This document shows positions 1 through 5,408 of a DNA stretch of 5,408 nucleotides, piece by piece. The position numbers and the translations under genes are program-made. Location: the NCBI GenBank assembly GCA_000388065.2, contig KB932212.1. One strand, given 5' to 3'. This DNA is from Fonticula alba ATCC 38817 (Eukaryota; Protista; Nucleariida). Below the pieces are notes generated by a model that made no database searches, had not been told where the DNA came from, and was given only the letters and a program-made list of their open reading frames with translations. Every line of letters begins with the position of its first letter. Positions within the stretch are counted from its first letter, which is position 1.

Positions 1-25
1 GGGCGCCCGCCTGCCCCGGGCTCAC

Positions 26-461
26 GTACGGGAGAGATTGACGCCGCTGGCGCCGGCGGCCACGGCCAGCGCCCGGCAGTCGATGCGCCGGGCAAAGCGC
101 CGCGACACGTGCGACCCGCCGGACCCCATGCCATCGACCGCCAGCGGCCGGGCCTCGCCGGTGCAGGTCCGCTCGAACACCATGAGCAGGTGGTCGTGCG
201 ACCCTGCGCCCGGGGCGTCGCCCATGCCGGGCCGGTGGGCAGGCCCCGCGGCCGCCGGGTCCGTCGCATCGACCGGGCTCTCGGCCGACGCGGCCATCCG
301 GAATCGGCTGCTCATCGGGCTGGAGAAGCCGGAAATCAGGTTGGTCAGCCGCTCGGCCAGGGCGATTTCATTGCACCAGATCTCCCCGGGGACCAGGGTG
401 TGCTTCTGGTCCGGGCCCTGGCTCAGGGCCGTCAGCGAGGGGTGGAACTCCAGGACGGGGG
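26..461 (-). CDS. AGL: Exon 7: SPVLEFHPSLT ... SRRFARRIDCRALAV
   Basis: The CCCAG acceptor at 462 is phase 1 and gives DVE-SPVLEF, matching DVN-KAVEQF. The RRF..ID motif is present. An in-frame TGA at 24-22 forces a donor at 25 (GTGAGC) or 29 (GTACGT). Confidence 0.85.
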
Positions 462-1056
462 CTGGGCCGCGGTGGTTTTTGTGCGTGCGTGTGCGTGTGT
501 GTGTGCGGGGGGGGGAGGGGGGGGGGCACACCGGGGAAAAGGGGTCAGACNNNNNNNNNNGGGGGGGGGGCACACCGGGGAAAAGGGGTCAGACATGCGA
601 ATGTGGGCCCCGGACGGGGTGAAGGCCGTGCTCGCAGGCCGGGACCTGCGCCACGATCAGGGGCCGGGACCTGCGCCGCGATCAGGGGCCGGGGTCTGCG
701 CCGCGATCGGTGCCCCTGCAGCCACCCCGAACACCAGGGCGGCCGCCCCGGGCCGGCCAGGATGGCCAGCCAAGGAAAGGCAGTCTGCCCACGCACACTC
801 CACATCGTAGACATAGTATTCCCAGAGGCGCAGCCGGTCGATGACCTCCTCCTTGAAGCGGGCCATCATCGGGCCGATCTGGTCCTGCGCGAGCCCCCGC
901 GGCGACGCGCATGGGGGGAGACAACGTATACAGGCGCGCCCGTGTCCCCGTCCGGCGGCGGCGGCGGCGGCGGTGCGCGTGGCGCAGCATGTCGGCGTCA
1001 GCAAACGCATGTCGGGGAGAGGAGAATGCAACGGACACGCCCGCGAGGGCCACCCG

Positions 1057-1107
<51 letters not shown>

Positions 1108-3346
1108 TCTGCCGCAGGACCAGCCCAAGTAAGGCAGGAAAGAGAACCCCACCCCAGCCCGGCCCGGTCAGGGGCGTACCTCGTGCGTGATGGCCCCCGG
1201 GTTGCGGGCCGACCAGCGGATGATGGCGCGGTCCAGCTCCCAGGCCGGGCGCAGCCACGGGGCGGTCCACAAATTCCAGCTGGCGTCCGGGTTTTCCCGC
1301 AGCCACACGGCCCCGGCGCGTGGCTGCCCACCCCCGGGGCCGGCCCCCACCGGCGGGCAGTCCAGGTCGATGTCGTGCAGGTTGGCCTCGGCCTGGAGCT
1401 CCGGGCTGAGGATCCGGTACACATGGTCGATGCCCTGGTTGGGGGACAGCGGCCCGGAGGGGGTCACCCGGCGGTCGGCCACCGGCATGACCGCCAGGTC
1501 GGTGGAGATCGGCCGGAAGGGCGGCGCCGCCGCGTGGTTCCACACGACATCGGTGCAGGCGCGCAGGCCGCACACCCGCGCCAGGCGCTGGGTCATCTGC
1601 CGGAGGATGGCCGCACTGGCCTGGAAGCCGAGCCCGGCCGCCGTCGGGGGCTGGGGCGCCCCCTCGGCCGGTGCCCGCCGCAGCACCGCCACCACCGACG
1701 GATCCAGGCGCAAGTGGTCCGCCAGCGAGTAGGCCGAGTCCGAGGGGCCGCTACACTCGGGCCAAGGCCGCGTCGAGGGGAGCGCCCAACACCCGGGGCC
1801 CGGAGTCCGAGATCAAGCGACCGAGGGGCGGGGGGGCAGGGGGGGAGAGAAGTTAGCCCCGGGCGAAAGCGTGCTGGCCAGCCGCCATGCAGGGGGCCTG
1901 GGGGCTTTCCGCTCGCCTGCTAGGCAGCCACAGGGTGGCATCCGTGCACTGGCCCGCCCCCCTTGCCTTTCGTGCTCCGCCACACACACACACACACATC
2001 CAACCCTGCACACACATCCCTCTGTGCACACGCACCGGAGCTGCAGAGGCGCAAAGTGCACCGCCGTGTAGCCGGCCCGCCGGAGGCTGGCCATCTGCAG
2101 GAGCCACTGGACGCCGGGCTCGAGGCTCGCAAGCTCGTCCGGCGCCGCTGGCCCGGCCTTCTGCCGGCCGGCGAGGTTCTCGAAGAAACCCGGGGCCGCC
2201 TGAGCCGCGGCCGCCAGCTGGCCATGCCACCAGGCATCGTCACCGCCGCCGGCGGTCGGGCTGCCGGCCGCCGCCTCGAAGGGCTGCCAGAGGTGCGCAT
2301 TGCGCAGGATGGCCGCCGTGGCCACCGGGCCGTTGGCCGCCGGCCGGCCGCGCGCCGGACCACCCGGGGCGCCGACATCGGCCGACCCGCAGCCCGACAC
2401 GGCCGAGAACATGGTGTCCGAGCTGGCGCTGGTGCTGGCGCTGGTGCTGGCGCTGGTGCTGGCGCTGGTGCTGGCCCCGTCCGTGTGGCCGCCGCCGCCG
2501 CCGCCACCGATGGTGGCCGTGAAGGAGCGCAGCTGGCTCACGAAGGAGGGCAGATACTCGGCGAAGGTGGACATGCGCGGACTGCGGAAGGGGGCGTCCG
2601 CCCCGTCGGCGCCATGGGCAATGCCGGCGGGTGCGGCCGCCCCGGCCGGCGGCTGGCCGCCACGCCCATGGTCGTCCCCACTGCCACGGGCCTCGGCCAC
2701 CGGATGCTCGTCGAGGGCCAGCAACAGGCCCTCCGACACCGGGTACGCCTGCAGCGGCCCCGGCAGCACCGTGACAATGCGCTGGTGGCTGAGCGGCGCC
2801 TCCGGGCCGTGGGCGTCCCACAGGGGCCCGGATGGCCCGCTCAGCAGGGGCCCCGGCTCCGGGGCCGCGATCCGGCGCATCTGGTCCAGCAGCTGGATCC
2901 GGCCATGGTGCGTGGCCACTCGCAGCCACCCCGGCCGCAGGTGCCCGCCGGGACACTCGCCCCCGGCCGCGGGCCAGTCCTCCACGGCGATGCCGCGCAC
3001 GCGCAGCGCCTCGGCCAGGATCCCCGGCAGCGGCAGGCGCAGGACCACGCGCACGTCAAAGAGCCCGCCCTTGGCCGGGGCCTCCAGCAGGGCCGACATA
3101 TTCCGGCTCTGGGAGAAGGTTTGGATGGTCCTGCGTCGAGTGGGTGCCAGCCGGATACACATGTGTCACATGCGCGCGCGTACACCCAAACGGGACGTGG
3201 GCGAGCAGGATATGCGCAGAGACATGTGCGGATACATGCGCGGATACATGCGCGGATGGATGCGCGGATACATGCGCGGATACATGTGCGGATACATGCG
3301 CGGATACATTCGCGGATAAATGCGCAGATACATACACACACACACA

Positions 3347-3419
<73 letters not shown>

Positions 3420-5194
3420 ACATACATACATACAGACGAAATATGGTAGGGTCAGAGAGTGCACGGAGGCCGGAGGAAAGGAAGAAACACGCAGGGTGAG
3501 GAACGCACTTCAATTGGCGGAAACGCTCACGGCAGAATCTGAGAGGGCCCGGGCAGGCGGGTCAGACACGGACAACCGGGCCCCCATGGGCGGCCAAGAG
3601 CGGGCGGCGAAGAAGCAAAAAAAAAAAAAAAAGACAGCCCACCCCACGTCGCACGGGGCCGCCGTACCCATCCTCCCCGGGAGCCGGGGCGTTGGTTTCC
3701 ACCAGGATCGAGGCCACCAGCTGGTCGGCCGCATCGGGGTCGGCCCCCGGGGCCGCGCTGCGGCCGCCCCAGGCCAGCGACGGGCAGGGCACACTCTGCC
3801 CAGGGCCGACCACGGCACCCGGCCCGTCGATGGACGCCTCGCCACCCATCGGCGGCAGGAAGGACGCCAGCGCGGCGCCCATCTCCAAGTCCAGGCGCAG
3901 GCCGCCACAGCTGGCGATGTCGGCCAGCTCCACTCGGACAAGCTGCACACACCGCGGCACGCACGCGGCAGGGTGGGCCCCGCACAGCCACAGCCGCCGA
4001 GCAGGAACCCCCCATCGATCATGCACATCATACACACACACACAGGCATCCAGTCAGTCTCAGGACAGGGCGCATGCCCCGGCGGGCAGGCCCCCCCCCC
4101 CCCCCCCCCCCCCGGCCCAGCGGCCGAAACGGGGCCCAGGCGGCCAAAAGCAAAAAAAAAAATAAAAAGGCCACCCCTCAGTGGCACCAACGACCAAGAC
4201 GCACCGGCAGCGGGTCGACCAGGTCACCGGTGGAGCCGCTCCGCACGGCCGGCCGGCCGGGGCGCGGCTCCCGACGGGCGCACTGGTGGCAGGACTCATT
4301 CGGGGCCTGGAGCTCGGCCGACGGCCGGGCCGGCTGCTGGCCGGCCGGGCTGGCCGTGAATTGCGCCAGGCGGATCAGCCAGTTCGGCGTGTAGGCCGAG
4401 GACATGAATGGCACGATGGCCGTCAGGTGGTGGTCGTTCGCCCGCGCGACCGACGGGTCCGCCGCGTCATCCCCATCCGACGAAAGGGCGGCCCCATCGA
4501 TGGACAAGGTGGCCGACCCGTCGGCCGCCAGGTGCATGGAGGAGAGGGACAGCCCGCCGGCAGCCGGCCGGCGGGACCGCAGCCCGGTCTCCCGAGGGGG
4601 GCCGCCGCCGTCGCCGGCACGCGCGGCGGCCACCTCCACCGGGGAGATCGGCGCATGGGCGTCCCCCGCGGCCGGGGTCTGGCGCGGGTGGAACAGGATT
4701 TCCGGCGCCTCGGCCGGCTCGGCCGCCGCCACCGGGCCCGGGTCGATGAGCAGCCGGTTCCGTGGGGCCGGCCCCGGGGGGACCCCATTGAAGCCGGCCA
4801 CCCGGCGCAGGATCCCCCGAGCTGGGTCTTCGAGGATGCGCCGGGCCGCGGCGGCCGCCTCATGTGCCACGGCACCGGCCCCGGTGCCGAGGCCCGCCAC
4901 CGGCCCGGTCTGCTGGACCCCGGGCGTGGTTGCATGCCGCGGGCTGACATTCCCCAGCGAGGTCGGCGCGAAGGTGGCCAGCGCTCCGAAAGGCCCGGGG
5001 ACTTGGCTCGTGGCCGCCAGCCAGCCCAGGGCCGACGGCTGGACACCGGTCACGGACTCCGGCGACGCGTGTCGCGGCCCGGCGGCGATGGCCCCGGCCA
5101 GGGCCGCCAGTGCCTTCGGCATGACAAATTGCCCGAGGTCCAGGCGGTTGCCCGGCATGCCGGCCTCGCCCGGGGGCGGGACCTTCTGTGTCAT
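26..5194 (-). CDS. AGL: Glycogen debranching enzyme (eukaryotic AGL/GDB1 type), 5' portion of a multi-exon gene that continues beyond the left edge; join(5194-4205,3942-3668,3538-3509,3130-2036,1750-1180,884-797,461-26)
   Basis: The spliced translation contains, in the correct order, motifs matching the human AGL N-terminus as I recall it: ETNAPAPGE (YTNYPFPGE), FCRERFRQL (FNREKFRSL), PLSHQRIVTVL (PLDCVTLQTFL), W..MASLRRAGYTAVHFAPLQ (W..LRVAKESGYNMIHFTPLQ), SAYSLADHLRLDP (SCYSLANQLELNP), TDVVWNH (GH13 region I, TDVVYNH), WLRENPDASWNLWTAPWLRPAWELDRAIIRWS ([32 protein letters not shown]), RLRLWEYYVYDVE (KLKLWEFFQVDVN), RRFARRID (RRFGCTVD). Intron phases 0,2,2,2,0,1 keep one open frame. Confidence 0.95.
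517..594. other. 10-N assembly gap flanked by a 34-nt duplicate (G10-CACACCGGGGAAAAGGGGTCAGAC)
   Basis: 517-550 and 561-594 are identical and sit on either side of N551-560, as expected for unmerged overlapping contig ends. Confidence 0.85.
641..715. repeat. 25-bp minisatellite, 3 copies (GGGACCTGCGCCGCGATCAGGGGCC)
   Basis: Units at 641-665, 666-690 and 691-715. Copy 1 differs from copy 2 at 1 position, and copy 3 differs from copy 2 at 5. Confidence 0.9.
797..884 (-). CDS. AGL: Exon 6: DQIGPMMARFKEEVIDRLRLWEYYVYDVE
   Basis: CGCAG acceptor at 885 and GTGCGT donor at 796. After splicing, the Ile-to-Trp spacing (25 residues) equals that of the recalled human segment [25 protein letters not shown]. 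Confidence 0.92.
953..973. repeat. (CGG)7 trinucleotide repeat in intron 5
   Basis: Perfect run. Confidence 0.95.
1058..1104. repeat. (CA)23 microsatellite in intron 5
   Basis: Perfect dinucleotide run. Confidence 0.98.
1180..1750 (-). CDS. AGL: Exon 5: GPSDSAYSLADHL, TDVVWNH (GH13 conserved region I) and WLRENPD...DRAIIRWS
   Basis: TGTAG acceptor at 1751 and GAG|GTACGC donor at 1179. Contains the strongest GDE motifs in the window. Confidence 0.95.
1751..2035 (-). other. Intron 4 (285 nt, phase 2, GTGCGT...TGTAG)
   Basis: Removing it restores PLQLRGPSDSAYS. Contains (TG)9, and GCTAAC at 1857-1852 followed by a pyrimidine tract. In-frame TGA at 1815-1813. Confidence 0.93.
1981..1998. repeat. 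(CA)9 microsatellite in intron 4
   Basis: Perfect run, with degenerate CA tracts up to about 2035. Confidence 0.95.
2036..3130 (-). CDS. AGL: Exon 4: end of N-terminal domain and start of the GH13-like barrel (PLSHQRIVTVL ... RRAGYTAVHFAPLQLR), with a large insertion
   Basis: The CGCAG acceptor at 3131 is the first AG after the donor at 3508 and is in the required phase. GTGCGT donor at 2035. Part of ORF 1813..3162. Confidence 0.9.
2422..2475. repeat. Coding 12-bp repeat x4.5 (GCTGGCGCTGGT) encoding (ASTS)4
   Basis: Perfect tandem units in exon 4, next to a Gly7 tract (about 2488-2508). Confidence 0.95.
3131..3508 (-). other. Intron 3 (378 nt, phase 2, GTGCGT...CGCAG)
   Basis: Filled with tandem repeats. 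No AG dinucleotide before the terminal one. In-frame TGA at 3168-3166. Confidence 0.88.
3216..3434. repeat. Compound repeat in intron 3: ~10 x 12-bp GCGGATACATGC, (CA)6, (CGCA)10, (CA)14, (TACA)3
   Basis: 12-mers at 3216-3335, CA at 3335-3346, CGCA at 3347-3386, CA at 3387-3414, TACA at 3423-3434. Confidence 0.95.
3509..3538 (-). CDS. AGL: Exon 3: 30-nt microexon encoding (G)FCRERFRQL(K)
   Basis: CTCTCAG acceptor at 3539 and GTGCGT donor at 3508, phase 2 on both sides. The peptide matches human FNREKFRSL directly after the TNYPFPGE motif. Confidence 0.9.
3539..3667 (-). other. Intron 2 (129 nt, phase 2, GTACGG...CTCAG)
   Basis: T16 run. TCTGAC branch motif at 3566-3561. No internal AG. In-frame TGA at 3564-3562. 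Confidence 0.9.
3668..3942 (-). CDS. AGL: Exon 2: start of the GDE N-terminal domain (LVRVELAD...LRLDLEMG...ILVETNAPAPGEDG)
   Basis: TGCAG acceptor at 3943 and GTACGG donor at 3667. The TNxPxPGE motif is typical of the GDE N-terminal domain. Confidence 0.9.
3943..4204 (-). other. Intron 1 (262 nt, phase 0, GTGCGT...TGCAG)
   Basis: Contains a T11 run, a G23 run and (TG)6 on the sense strand, and an ACTGAC branch-like motif at 4058-4053. Confidence 0.75.
4091..4113. repeat. C23 homopolymer (G23 on the sense strand) in intron 1
   Basis: Direct read. The length may be affected by sequencing error. Confidence 0.9.
4205..5194 (-). CDS. Exon 1 (putative): ~330-aa Ala/Pro/Gly-rich N-terminal extension with no recognised homology
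   Basis: Open frame of the 4178..5218 ORF. First ATG at 5194 in ACC-ATG-A context. GTGCGT donor at 4204 is phase 0 and matches the phase-0 acceptor at 3943. The start codon is uncertain. Confidence 0.7.
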
Positions 5195-5383
5195 GGTGTC
5201 GCGCGGCCGGAAGGGCACCGGGCACCGGCGGGCTACAGGGCGGGAGGGGAGGACAAGCGGCGGCCGGCCGAGCGGCGAGGCCGAGGAGGTGTCGCGCTCG
5301 CGGGACGGCGCTGGGAGAGCTACTCCGGCGGGGGTGCGCCAGTCTGCCCAATCGCGGCCAGACAGCCGTGTGGCAGGGCCTCC

Positions 5384-5408
5384 GTGTGTGTGTGTGTGTG
5401 GGGGGGGG
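5384..5408. repeat. (GT)n followed by a G run at the window end
   Basis: Direct read. Same repeat style as the introns, so probably non-coding. Confidence 0.85.

Larger units (their letters stand above)
462..796 (-). other. Intron 6 (335 nt as assembled, phase 1, GTGCGT...CCCAG); spans the assembly gap
   Basis: Contains a 25-bp minisatellite, the N gap, C-runs and CA repeats on the sense strand. The true length is uncertain. Confidence 0.85.
885..1179 (-). other. Intron 5 (295 nt, phase 0, GTACGC...CGCAG)
   Basis: Contains (TG)23, (CCG)7 and GCTGAC at 1002-997. Its removal restores the family spacing. Confidence 0.92.

Noticed and set aside
797-798. Alternative donor GTGTGC at 798 for intron 6
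   Set aside because: It would be phase 2. The GTGCGT at 796 matches the donor used in three other introns and its phase 1 fits the CAG at 462, which preserves the family spacing.
38-1923. Plus-strand ORFs 38..622, 109..810, 489..1190, 841..1923 and 1187..1732
   Set aside because: They are Arg/Pro/Gly-rich or microsatellite-derived translations with no recognisable motifs, overlapping a well-supported minus-strand gene in ~70% GC DNA.
1315-2760. Large in-frame insertions as inteins or mobile elements
   Set aside because: No Cys/Ser start with His-Asn end at the borders, no LAGLIDADG or HNH motifs, and no terminal inverted repeats or target-site duplications were seen.
3216-3335. 12-bp tandem units as a CRISPR-like array or iteron set
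   Set aside because: There are no unique spacers, the units are contiguous, and they lie in a spliceosomal intron of a eukaryotic gene.
1813-3564. Single in-frame TGAs as selenocysteine or readthrough codons in one long unspliced ORF
   Set aside because: Readthrough would insert CV-repeat junk inside conserved motifs, whereas canonical GT-AG splicing restores those motifs exactly.
1963-4359. 798-aa plus-strand ORF antisense to the GDE gene, with HARI/HT repeats and Lys runs
   Set aside because: It starts at TTG and lies in the exact mirror frame of exons 2-4, which share one frame because introns 2 and 3 are 3n. Antisense stops need sense TTA/CTA/TCA, which are rare in GC3-rich codons. The repeat peptides are translated microsatellites. 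It is a shadow ORF unless antisense transcripts or peptides are found.
1-5408. Prokaryotic or viral origin, or bacterial GlgX/TreX-type debranching enzyme
   Set aside because: The gene has spliceosomal introns, and its motifs match the eukaryotic bifunctional AGL/GDB1 family rather than isoamylase-type enzymes.

Overview
Eukaryotic genomic DNA, roughly 70% GC by eye, with one 10-N assembly gap. Almost the whole window is the 5' part of one spliced minus-strand gene encoding a eukaryotic glycogen debranching enzyme (AGL/GDB1 family, 4-alpha-glucanotransferase/amylo-1,6-glucosidase). I reconstructed 7 exons by hand: 5194-4205, 3942-3668, 3538-3509, 3130-2036, 1750-1180, 884-797 and 461-~26. They are joined by six GT-AG introns with consistent phases, and a seventh intron runs off the left edge. 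The joins rebuild family motifs across the junctions (ETNAPAPGEDG|FCRERFRQL; HFAPLQLR|GPSDSAYSLADHL; ITHE|DQIGPMMARFKEEVIDRLRLWEYY; YDVE|SPVLEF). About 1,160 codons here correspond to only about the first 355 residues of the human enzyme as I recall it. The excess is a ~330-aa N-terminal extension plus insertions of about 40, 210, 70 and 85 aa. The introns carry micro- and minisatellites. Four of them have their best branch-point motif unusually far upstream (83-113 nt) with an AG-free stretch behind it. The other long six-frame ORFs look like GC-driven shadow ORFs. There is no evidence for RNA genes, CRISPR arrays or mobile elements. The style (GC-rich, repeat-filled introns, insertion-laden Ala/Gly/Pro-rich protein) suggests a GC-rich protist such as Fonticula, but this is only a guess.
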